From Paraspadella gotoi (taxonomy: Eukaryota; Animalia; Chaetognatha), in the NCBI GenBank assembly GCA_051294375.1, contig CM119271.1:2494677-2558676 (forward strand): DNA of 64,000 bases, read 5' to 3'. A program made the position numbers and the translations under genes. Every line of letters begins with the position of its first letter. The first letter of the stretch is position 1. Below, in pieces: positions 1 through 14,600 of this stretch. Below the pieces are notes generated by a model. It was given only the letters and a program-made list of their open reading frames with translations. It made no database searches and was not told the origin of the DNA.

Positions 1-230
1 ATAAAACAAAACCCAGTTCCGCTTGTTTATGACAACGACGCCCGCCTTATCCCCACCTTTTCGGGTCTCCGACATTCCGCCCTCGAGCGCCCGCCTCAGC
101 GCCATGACTCTTCTCGCCACGCCCCCATCTCCCTCCCGCCTTTCCGCGCAGTGATGGGCGATGTCGGCCGCGGGAGTTTCCGCCCCGGTCTCGCGCCGAC
201 GTCGTCGTCGTCGCCGACCTCGTCGCTTAC

Positions 231-368
231 CTCACTCGCGGCCGGCGTCGGCGGAGGCATCGGCGGATCCCGCCTCGTTCCCCTCGAGACGGAGTTTCCT
301 CTCGCCGACGAGAAGGTAGAAGGCGAGGAGGAAGAGGAGGAGGAGGAGGATCGGTGGCGCTTTCGCAT
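231..368 (-). CDS. Candidate first coding exon of an unidentified minus-strand gene (Ser/Pro-rich N-terminus), continuing out of the window
   Basis: ATG at 368 reads 46 codons (MRKRHRSSSSSSSSSPSTFSSARG...PPPTPAASE) to a strong donor GAG|GTAAGC at 231/230, in a GC/CpG-rich patch. No recognisable domain. Confidence 0.35.
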
Positions 369-660
369 GATCTCGGACAAGGCGGAGGAAGGGGAAGTTA
401 TTCAGGTGATGAGCGGAGGATGTTGTCAAGGTTTATTGATATAAAGGAGTTCTAGAATTTACGTTTGTATAGATCAATTAGACTAAACAATAATGAATTT
501 ATCTTATTACTATTATTTAATAAAATCTCTGAAGTCATAACGTACCCACGATACTTCTTCGCAGGTTCACCCCGCTTACGAATACGTGGACGACCCCAAG
601 TCCCAATTTCGACTTGCCAGCTATTCCAAACAGACACTCACTTTCTTTAACTTTCATAAG

Positions 661-2449
661 ATGAAAACGAAAAACTTTGTTCTGCTTCTCGTGTGTTTCA
701 CCGTTTCGTCGCTGTTGTTCTGGCTGCTCTCGAACCCCGCTCCCAATTTCAAAACCATCGTCACCGAAACTCATAAACAAATCAACAATCTCAACAGGTG
801 CGTAAGAACTAGCGCTGAGCTCATTGTTAAGATTAATCCTTTGTTTTTTATAACTGGTTTTGTTTGTCAACCCACAGCAAAATTCAGAAGAATCTGGGCG
901 CCGACGCCGATACAGAGTTTGAAGTTGACAGGTATACCTGGTTTCGAAGACGATTATTAATATGCAAATTAATCTTCAACGATTAATGATCTCTCCCTCC
1001 CCTCCCCCAGTGCTTATTTGGAATTGTTGGGTTTCGTCCATAAGCCTCGCCTTTACCAACCCGGAGCCAACGACTTACCTCTCAGTCAAGTCGAGGCTCG
1101 ACGACATCACGCCAAAGTTGTCGACCAGGACTCCAATCAGCGCGCGGCGAACAATAGGGTGAGTTGTTTATTTTACTGATAAATGCTCGGTATATCGGGT
1201 TAATTCAGTGGTATTGATTAATGAAATTATGTTAGTTGCCATAATATTTGCCGTTTTGTCTGTCAACTTTTATGAATACTGGGTTGAAATTCTTCAGTCG
1301 ACATCCCAATTAAATTTGATTCTTTGTATCCCCAGAAATATCCAGTCGGGAACGAAGGCTTAGCGAGTAACAAGTCATTTTTGCCCGTCGTCGTCACTGC
1401 CGTTGCTTCCGCTTCAGTATCTCAAGCGATGAATTTCATCAAGGTCAGGAGAATCGTTTTATTAATTAAGAACAATGTTCTATGACCGCAATGAAACAAT
1501 ACGCAAAATCAATCCGCAGTCTATGCAGCGCCACTTTCCCGACAAGACGTTGGTGCTGTACGACTTGGGCCTCTCCTCGCGCGATGTGCTCACCCTCAAG
1601 AAAGCCTGCAACTGCTCCATAAGAGTTTTCGAGTTCGACAAATACCCCACCCACGTCAGCAACCTCAAGCTGAAAGCGTACCGACCGATTATTATTCAGG
1701 TAACTCGCCTAGTGAGATCATTTTGTAGCGCTTGGCGCCTACTATGGTTACAATGGCTTTTAATAAATGCTATTCTTTTTCCGTTCCATTCTTTCCTCTT
1801 CCCAGGAAATGTTGAACGAGTTCACGGCGGTGTTTTGGAGCGATCTCAACAAACAATTCATTACTGGCAACGTGTCTCACTTGGTGGCACGCGCGGAACG
1901 GGAGGGCATCCTGGCCTGGCGTCTAGATTTGCCCATCTCTGCGCTAACCCACCCAAAGATGTTCCCGTTCTTCCAGACGGACCGCAACCAGTTTCTCTTC
2001 GTGCACATGGTGGACACCAACCAGCTCATCATCTTCAATCACCGGGCCGTCCACGAACGGGTCATGCTGCCCTGGGTCAAGTGCACCCTCACCGAGGAGT
2101 GCATCTCGCCACCCGGCGCGCAACTTGGCGGCTGCAACTTTGATCGGAAGCCCTACTTTCGATATTCTGGTGAGAGGGGAATATAAATGAGAAGTTAACT
2201 TATACTTAATACACAATATTAGGTAGTAGGTACTTCCTTTTTTTTCATATTGTCCATCTCTTTTTATCCATCAAAGGTTGTCATCGCTACGACTCTAGCG
2301 CCCTCAACATTATCCTGGGTCTACACTACGACTTCGACGACAAACGCTATTCCTGCAGCGACTCTGTCTTCGGGACGGAGTCTTTCGACTCGGAGGCGGA
2401 CTCCCCCGCCGACGACGCCACAACCACCAACCAAACTTTCCATAGATAA
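661..2449 (+). CDS. DUF1647-like protein, predicted type II membrane protein of about 387 aa, 7 exons
   Basis: Exons 661-797, 878-931, 1011-1158, 1336-1443, 1520-1699, 1806-2169 and 2277-2449 join with GT-AG introns into an intact 1164-nt frame ending TAA. It has an N-terminal hydrophobic anchor (NFVLLLVCFTVSSLLFWLL) and motifs LPVVVTA, LVLYDLGL, FDKYP.HV, AYRPIIIQE, PWVKC.L...CISPPGA and GCHRYDSSALNIILG, which I recognise from invertebrate DUF1647 proteins. Family call is from recall, not a search. Confidence 0.8.
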
Positions 2450-3265
2450 AAAATAAAAAAGAAAACCCATTTTTTCCTTCTACAACTTTTCTCGAGTGCG
2501 ACTTGTGATATTTATACACGGCAGAGTTTAGCGAAAAAAAGTTATCTTAATATATTACTAAATATTTTTTTTCTGGCAAAATCGTTTTTCGTGAGTATTA
2601 ACTTTTTCCTAACAAAGTAAATGAATTACTCGAACCGCATCACGCTCTCCGGCTCGATTAACATTTTTTTTATATTCAGTTGCGGGATGTTATTGTTTGT
2701 GTGTGCGTTACGGTTTTTTTTTTTTGTTTTTTTTTCGAGAGACAATTTCTCTTTTTACGTTTTCGTTTCAAAGACCCTAATTTCTTACCTCCCTCCATTT
2801 TCACTTTTGTTTTTAATTTATTTTTCTTCCGCCGCTTGCGTGAAAGCGTCTTACCTCTTGTCCCGCACTTAGCTGTCATAGCATCGTCCACTAGGAGATT
2901 GTCGGTGAATCGGCGACCGGGGTAGGAATATAGTAAAGTAAGTGGGTTTAGGGGGTGACGGGTTTCGAATTTACCCCCCCACCAGGCCGTTGCACCTGTA
3001 GACGTCTCATTCCTCCCCTGCTTGGTGGATATACTTTGGTGAGGGAAGAACCTCTCGACAAATCTGCGGCGTCGGACATGGGGTTTTATCCGTTCACCTT
3101 TGCCAGTTTACTCAAAAAACAAACAAAAAATAAAATAAAAAAAATAAAAAAGTTAACACTGTTATTTATTGCTACTTTTTCTCACTTTAACCGTGCTTAT
3201 ATTGATACCAGTTTAGTCGATTGCTCAGTCCGACTAATGAAAAACTCTCTCTTTCTCTCTCTTTC

Positions 3266-3296
<31 letters not shown>

Positions 3297-3784
3297 CTCT
3301 CTCCCTATCCTTCCCCTCTCCCTCCCTCCCTCTCCCTATTGCTTTTTTTCTTTCTCCTTTGTAGTTTTCTGACTTATTCCCCACCTTTAATGTCCTGTTA
3401 TTCCCTAAGATTACGAATTGTATTTTAAAACAAGTGACTCGGTAGGGATGTGACAACAATAGCTACCGTTGCTTATGAAAACTCTTTCTCGCACACTTCC
3501 ACTCATCCCTTTTCTCCCTGTAATTTTCTCTTTTTCTTTCTCTCTCGATCTCTCGTTCCCTCAATCTCTCGTTCCGTTTTTATTTTCTGGCGATTCTATA
3601 TATATACATACATTACGCTCATTACCCGGTCTGCAAGTGATTAAAGAAATAATCGTTTTTCTTTTCCATCCCCAGGCTATTAAAAAAAAAAACACCCACA
3701 ACAAACGTTTCTAAAACGTCTCTATAAACAAATTTTATCAACTTTAGAACCCCCCCCGATAGAAAAAAAATAAAAGACAACAAA

Positions 3785-6685
<2,901 letters not shown>

Positions 6686-7509
6686 ACGCTTTTTTTTTTT
6701 CTCGACGAAAACCCAAAAAATCCAAAAAAAATAAGATCCAAAAAGATTAATTACCAAAAACGAATCGCTTTTTATTTTCGTCCCGCAACGAATGAGAAAA
6801 CTGACCTTATTTTTCCCCCACCAATTTCCTTCCCCATTTACCTTGAAAAGCCGCGAGAGATTGAAAAAGAGAGAAAAACAAACGAGTGAGGAAAATTGTG
6901 TATATTTTATTTGAATAATTTTTTTTTTTTTACGTATAGTATATAATCGCGGGAAAAAAATATTTTTCTTTGTTACCGTTTTTTCTTCGAGTGACTTTAC
7001 CTTTGAATCCTCTATCGTTGCTCAATAGTGATTATTTATTGCCAGTTAGACGGTAGCGGCGGTGACGATAACGTAACCCTCCCTCCCACCCCTTATATTT
7101 TTAACGATGTACGATTAACGTGTATTATTTTTGCGATTAGGGAAAAAAATTCTTTTTAACCTCCAATTGTATAGAAAAAAGTTGATAAATTTTGCGAGAA
7201 AACCAAAACCGATCGTCTTCATCAATGTCTTATCAGAAAAAAAAACAAGCGCGTTTAAAATTTGACGTAGTTAACAAACAAACAAAAAAAAAACATCGAG
7301 AGATACGAGACTTTGTTAATTATTTGCATATTTTGTTGACTTTTAATTTCATTCTGTAGTAAACGTTTGTTGCTTAAAAGTAAATATAATATTTAATTGT
7401 TGAGTCGGCGGAGCGTGGAGAGAGAGAGAGGGAGAGAGACAGGCGATGATCGTTAGCTATGCTGTAAATGAAAAAAATGCCTGGAGAAATTCGTTGCACA
7501 AAAATTGGT

Positions 7510-7515
7510 AATAAA
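7510..7515 (+). terminator. Candidate polyadenylation signal of eIF4A
   Basis: AATAAA about 825 nt after the stop codon, followed by a T/GT-rich tract (7548-7570). Confidence 0.5.
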
Positions 7516-9570
7516 CCGAATCAACCGTTATAATTGATTACTAATTAATTTCTTGTTTTTTGGTTGTTTTTACCGCTTTGGTCAAGGATCGTTTGGAAGG
7601 ATAGCTTTAATGGAAGAACGTTGAAAAAAAAAATAGCCAGAGTCTCTCACGCCTTAAGAATATGGAGCAATCGCACATTTCCTGGAAATCTTTGCGCTCG
7701 CGACTGTTTTACTGATGAGTTAGATACGCTGATTCTACTTAAGTGAATTATCAAGAATCGTTCCAGACAGATTATATTTATATATATCATACTTGGGTTA
7801 AATTTACCGGCTTATATTTAATGCTGGTTTCGCAACTTTCAACAAATTCGAGATTTTCTCTTTCAATTTTACCGACTTTTCCCCGTCGGGGCATATTCGC
7901 GCAATTCGGGCAAAAAAAATCCCTGGCTTTTGTTTTCCCCCTGCTCGACTTGCTTGCCATCTGGACATTTCGTTGGTCGACTAAAAAAAACAAACGTCTT
8001 CAAAGACTTGGAAGTTCAAGAGTTTGGGTAAAAAAAAAATTCCCGTTTTAAAACTGTTTTAATAGCATTAGTTTATCTATTACGTAAAATGAGAAAATGT
8101 CAGAAGGATTGTCGACAGACAAAATTAATTTTTAACGTGCTGTTCTGTTTCTTGTTGACAAAGAGACGCCTTATGGAAAAGAAAAGTATTAAAGCCAAGT
8201 ATTTAAATGGGTTGGTAAATAATATATATTGTGCGTTGTATGTGCAATGTACATACATATATACATACAAAATAATTTTTAATTAAAACTTTTTTGGGGG
8301 GAAATATTTTTTATATAAACGTAAAAAAAGATAAATGGATATTGCGGTTGCTAAAGCTTTTCTCCTTTCGACGAAAAATAACAATAACAAAATTTTAATC
8401 TCTCTCTCTCTCTCTCTCTCTCTCAAAAACGTCGACCAACAGAAACGGCGCCGCAAAACGACTCCCGGTCGAGCGTGGCGACGCCGTCTATCGGACGATA
8501 ATCTCGTTAACGAACTCCCTGGTGTCTCCTCTGGGCGAACGGCGCCGCGGCGTCACCGGCCGGGGAGCGAGTATCCCGGGTAATAAAAAATATTGCTGAA
8601 ACTTAAAATTAATTTTGATATAGATATCACAATTTAAAAAAAAAACTAAATCCACGATTTTTTTTTCTTAAAGTTTTAGTTTAGTTTAGTAAGTAAAACT
8701 TACAGCTTAATGCTTGATCGAACTTTTGTATACTAGTCTCTTCATCATCTTTTGCACAAGGAATTATAAATTGTAAAAAGTCACTCTGAGAGTTGGCATT
8801 AAACATACCCTACCACCGAGTCAGTAACAAAATCGCTGCATTACCCGTTCGCCAAAAAAATCCACATTTCAATCGTTACACAAATCCGCTCTGCTCTCGA
8901 ATTCGGCGAAACGGGTCCCGCCCAGTCTGAGTTTATCTTTTATCGTGAGAAAATTCGATATCTCGATATGAATTTTATGTCCGTCTCCCCGTTCCGACCG
9001 ACCAACCTTGAGTGGAATGCCTTTTTGAATCAACATTTCCGGGAAATGGGTTGCGAGGGGGGGGGGAGACGAAGGTGTCTGGAAAACTCAACTGTATATA
9101 GAGCTTCTGGATTGGACGTACACGAACGTACACGACGCATTCAGCGCTAAAGTGGTAGTTATTGGTTTTTATGTTGACGATTACGACGCCGTTTTGGGGT
9201 CACGTGATGAAAAATGCGGATTATTTTGAGAGGAATTTTCGCCCTTTGACCTTTCGGTTGACTTTTTTGGTAGCTGTTGTATTGTAGTCAATAATATTAG
9301 AATAGAATGTGGGAATTCCCCAACATTGGAAAATAAGGATACTATTAAGGATAGATCATATAATATTGTTGTATGCGATTAAAATTTTGAGAATTTTTAA
9401 AAGTAAATTAAAACTTAACTAATATGTCGTTCAAACCTCGCGGGAAGAATTCCAAATAATATTCAATTTACAAAACATTATGATTATTATTTGACAAACT
9501 GCAAAAAGAATTCTGTTCGATGCCACTCCACGATTCCAAACTTTGATAACCCTCCTCACTTTCACCCTTG

Positions 9571-9638
<68 letters not shown>

Positions 9639-9783
9639 CTCTCTCTCTCCTCTCTGGCTCTCCCTTTCACCCGTGAGTTCTCCAGTTTTCTTTCAGATTT
9701 ACAAGCCATAAAAAATATCCTGCCGTTTTATTTCGTTTTTAGAAAAAAAAAACTTTTACCATCTCTCTCTCTCTCTCTCTCGT

Positions 9784-9833
<50 letters not shown>

Positions 9834-10455
9834 CTCTCGGCGCGATTATCTTCCACGGCAAAACGGGAAAGATGCCTCAGCGAGGCAGGGATTATTGATT
9901 TGACAAGCCGAATAGAACACAAGTAATTAATAAATCTTTTTTCTTCGCTGCTTAAGCCTCATGAGGGGCTTTTGGGTGGGGAGGTGGCAAAGGTTGAGTC
10001 GTGGATGGGGGGAGGGAAAGGTGGGGCTGGGAAAGAATAAAGGGTAGGAAGAGAACTTTGCTTTGTTTTCGTTTTAGCCTTTTCAACGTTTTGTCCGGGG
10101 GTCTTTGACACTTTAGATTGGGTTCCTTTCTTTTCTTCATTTTAATACGATGAGTGTAAATTGTTTCAACCCATTATCTATTCTAAGCGTTAAATAAAAT
10201 TATTGAGAGTAACGTTTCCCATTCGAAAGCTAGTCATTGTATTGAATTTTTGTACTAAACTATATATAACATTACTTTAACAAGATTACCTCCAATGTCG
10301 CTCCGTACACCCCGCCCCGTCTACTCCCCCCCTTAATACGAAAAAGCGATTAAACTCGGAATCCCCTCTCGACATCAAAAGAATGAAGAGACCTCGGGTC
10401 CTCGGGTCCCCATGAAATCTACACCGTCGCTTCATTGCGCCGCTTTTCATTATTC

Positions 10456-11586
10456 NNNNNNNNNNNNNNNNNNNNNNNNNNNNNNNNNNNNNNNNNNNNN
10501 NNNNNNNNNNNNNNNNNNNNNNNNNNNNNNNNNNNNNNNNNNNNNNNNNNNNNNNNNNNNNNNNNNNNNNNNNNNNNNNNNNNNNNNNNNNNNNNNNNNN
10601 NNNNNNNNNNNNNNNNNNNNNNNNNNNNNNNNNNNNNNNNNNNNNNNNNNNNNNNNNNNNNNNNNNNNNNNNNNNNNNNNNNNNNNNNNNNNNNNNNNNN
10701 NNNNNNNNNNNNNNNNNNNNNNNNNNNNNNNNNNNNNNNNNNNNNNNNNNNNNNNNNNNNNNNNNNNNNNNNNNNNNNNNNNNNNNNNNNNNNNNNNNNN
10801 NNNNNNNNNNNNNNNNNNNNNNNNNNNNNNNNNNNNNNNNNNNNNNNNNNNNNNNNNNNNNNNNNNNNNNNNNNNNNNNNNNNNNNNNNNNNNNNNNNNN
10901 NNNNNNNNNNNNNNNNNNNNNNNNNNNNNNNNNNNNNNNNNNNNNNNNNNNNNNNNNNNNNNNNNNNNNNNNNNNNNNNNNNNNNNNNNNNNNNNNNNNN
11001 NNNNNNNNNNNNNNNNNNNNNNNNNNNNNNNNNNNNNNNNNNNNNNNNNNNNNNNNNNNNNAGAGAGAGAGAGAGAGAGATGAAGAGTCGGTGGGTGGGA
11101 ATGAGACCAGGCATGGCGGGGGCGAGGGCAAGCGATAAAAACTAATTTCATACCGACATCAAGTGAGAAAAAAGACATTTCGTTTCGCTGAATGAGGAAT
11201 CGCCGATTTCATCTTCTTCGTTTTAATAAACTTTTAATTTAATATATAATGATATTCAACGGGTTTAACAGAGCTTCGTCTCTTTGAATGCCTTTGTTGT
11301 TTAATGTTTATACAACAAAGACACTTAACTAACCCGAAATCTTTCTTTTTTTATATTTCTCCGTAACCAATCATTTCGCCGCATCGCCGCTTGCGGACGA
11401 AATATCACAAAAAATAAGTAAGTTTCCTTTATTCTCTGTTTCGCGATTTCACCTACTTTTATGAAGAATCGGAATCTCGGCCCCGTGATAATCCAGGCTT
11501 TTAAGTCTCGTTTAAGCCTCAATAATGCCGTAATAATGCCGCAACAATGCCTCCCGAAGAAAATCCGTCCGAGAAAAACACACAGC

Positions 11587-11635
<49 letters not shown>

Positions 11636-14600
11636 CTTCGTTTAAACTTAAAGATTTACGACGAAAAGAAGAGAGAGAAGAGAAAAGAAAACAAACAAGG
11701 AATTCATTAGCATTTTAGTGTCACTCATATGCGAAAACTTTCTTCTTTTTTTTTGAGAAAGAAAGAAAACATGAAAATAAAAGGAAAAAAAAACTCGACC
11801 GTTCCTCCCTCCATTCTTCTCTCCATCTTAAAAAAATTTTCCATCGGTCTCGTAACAGTCTTATTAGACTTTTTGAAAAAAAAACTTGGGGAGAGGAAGA
11901 AAAAAACTTTCTCTCTGTCCCCGTTGTCACTATCTCTCTCTCTCTCTGTTTGACTCTCATTCTTTCTATGTTTCTCTCTCTCTCTCTTTCTCCTCCCGAG
12001 TCTCTCGGACGGCGAAGACCGAAAGAAAGATTTCAAATTCTCCTCTTCCTCTTCCTCCTCCGCCTCGCCTCGCGACGAGTTCTTCCTCCTCTTCCTCCTC
12101 CCCGGGCGTTCTCTCGTTCCGTCTAAAGTCTCTCTCGCTCTCTCGCTCTCTGTCTCGCTTTTTCGGACCAAAAAGTCGTTCGACTTTTTTTTCGTCGCGG
12201 TGGAAGATCGTTTTTTTTNNNNNNNNNNNNNNNNNNNNNNNNNNNNNNNNNNNNNNNNNNNNNNNNNNNNNNNNNNNNNNNNNNNNNNNNNNNNNNNNNN
12301 NNNNNNNNNNNNNNNNNNNNNNNNNNNNNAAAAATCGAAACAATCATGCAGCTTTGCCCCTTCGCATTTGGATTCTACGAAATTATACGATGGATGTTTG
12401 TTTGAACGTCTATTTATAAACAAACAAAATAGCCTCGCGTCTGATAGATTTTAAAAACAGTTTCGAAAATTTTAATCTCCTCGAAAGAATTTTGAGAAAG
12501 ATAGATTCTCTCTGTCTCTGTCTCTCTCTCTCTTTCTCGCTCTCTCTGGATTCTGGATAGAAAAACTCGATCACCTCTTTTAATCCAACGTTTGCTCAAG
12601 AATTATCCTCAAATTATCCTCNNNNNNNNNNNNNNNNNNNNNNNNNNNNNNNNNNNNNNNNNNNNNNNNNNNNNNNNNNNNNNNNNNNNNNNNNNNNNNN
12701 NNNNNNNNNNNNNNNNNNNNNNNNNNNNNNNNNNNNNNNNNNNNNNNNNNNNNNNNNNNNNNNNNNNNNNNNNNNNNNNNNNNNNNNNNNNNNNNNNNNN
12801 NNNNNNNNNNNNNNNNNNNNNNNNNNNNNNNNNNNNNNNNNNNNNNNNNNNNNNNNNNNNNNNNNNNNNNNNNNNNNNNNNNNNNNTTTCGGTCATTTTC
12901 CTTCAAGTTTCGGGTCATTTTTGTTTTATGTGTTTTTGTTTGTGTTTTGTGTGTGTGTTCCGTCAGTCAAGATTGGACGGCTCTTGGCAGGGAGGGCTTT
13001 ANNNNNNNNNNNNNNNNNNNNNNNNNNNNNNNNNNNNNNNNNNNNNNNNNNNNNNNNNNNNNNNNNNNNNNNNNNNNNNNNNNNNNNNNNNNNNNNNNNN
13101 NNNNNNNNNNNNNNNNNNNNNNNNNNNNNNNNNNNNNNNNNNNNNNNNNNNNNNNNNNGAGAGAGAGAGAGAGAGAAAGACAGAAAGTAAGAGAAAGAAA
13201 GAAAGAAAGAGGTAAAATTTTTTTTAACGAAACTAAATTCCTATCACGTGATTTAACGTTTTGCGTGTTTCCACGCGCCCACGAGGCACGCGTCGGCGCC
13301 GTACTCACGTGACAGTTTGCGGCGCGGGGTCGCTACACGTGACGGGCGTCGTGTCGGTCGATGTCTCGTCGCCGATTTTCGTCTCCTTGATGATCGAATG
13401 TCGTGACTCCCCGGAAATTGGGGTTTTCAAGGATTTGAGGTTTTTTTTTCAGGTTTTCCTTTTTTAATTTGTCGTAGGATGTTTGATGATTCCAATTTTA
13501 CGGTTTTTTTTTGCATTTTCTACGTATTGTTTCGTTTAATATATTTTTAAATTATCTAAGGAAAACTTAAAAAAAAATAAATAAATAAAAAACTGCCACA
13601 AGAAAGTTTTTTTTGGTAAAATTTCCGTCGAACGTCAGCGACGATAAGCAACTTAAAATCCAATTGCAATGTGTTGCGCCCTATTAACCTTCAACCGATC
13701 GATAGACTGACCGACCAACCAATCGACAAACTGACACCAAAGTGCCTTATAGCGTTCCTTCGCGAGTACTCGCGGCTTGAGTAAAAATACTAAAATCTGG
13801 ATTTTTATCACGAAATATTTTTCGTTTCATCGAATTTTTTTCGAAATTCGTCGATGATTCAGTTTTGTTCATTTGTTTTCTTTCTTCCGACTCACGGAAA
13901 TAATAACTCGTGCCGATTCCTTCGCCATAATTTCTTTTTCTCTCTCTCCCTCTTCATCTCCTACTTTTTTTCTCGCGCTTCGCCCACGTCTCTGTCTCGC
14001 TCTCTCTCTCTCGCTGTCTCTCTCAAACTCCCTCTCTCCCGCTTATCCATTTTCTCTCCCTTTTTCCGGCCACCCAGGGTTCCGCAAAAAAAAAAANNNN
14101 NNNNNNNNNNNNNNNNNNNNNNNNNNNNNNNNNNNNNNNNNNNNNNNNNNNNNNNNNNNNNNNNNNNNNNNNNNNNNNNNNNNNNNNNNNNNNNNNNNNN
14201 NNNNNNNNNNNNNNNNNNNNNNNNNNNNNNNNNNNNNNNNNNNNNNNNNNNNNNNNNNNNNNNNNNNNNNNNNNNNNNNNNNNNNNNNNNNNNNNNNNNN
14301 NNNNNNNNNNNNNNNNNNNNNNNNNNNNNNNNNNNNNNNNNNNNNNNNNNNNNNNNNNNNNNNNNNNNNNNNNNNNNNNNNNNNTTTTCTATCCACTCCC
14401 TCTCTATCTAACTTTTTTCGATTTTCCTCTCGTTTCTTTCCTCCGATCTCTCGATCCATTCGTCCGTCTGTTTTGTTTACCTTTTTGATGTCCTTTCTCC
14501 GTCTGCCTCCCTTCTTTTTTATTTTTACCTGAATCGGCATGAGACCATATTATTTATATTATTATATTATTTAGTCTAAATTAGACTTAGATTAAATTTT

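Noticed and set aside
7711-7732. CTGATGAG...CTGA as a hammerhead core or C/D snoRNA
   Set aside because: No stem II-GAAA follows, and the C-to-D spacing is far too short.
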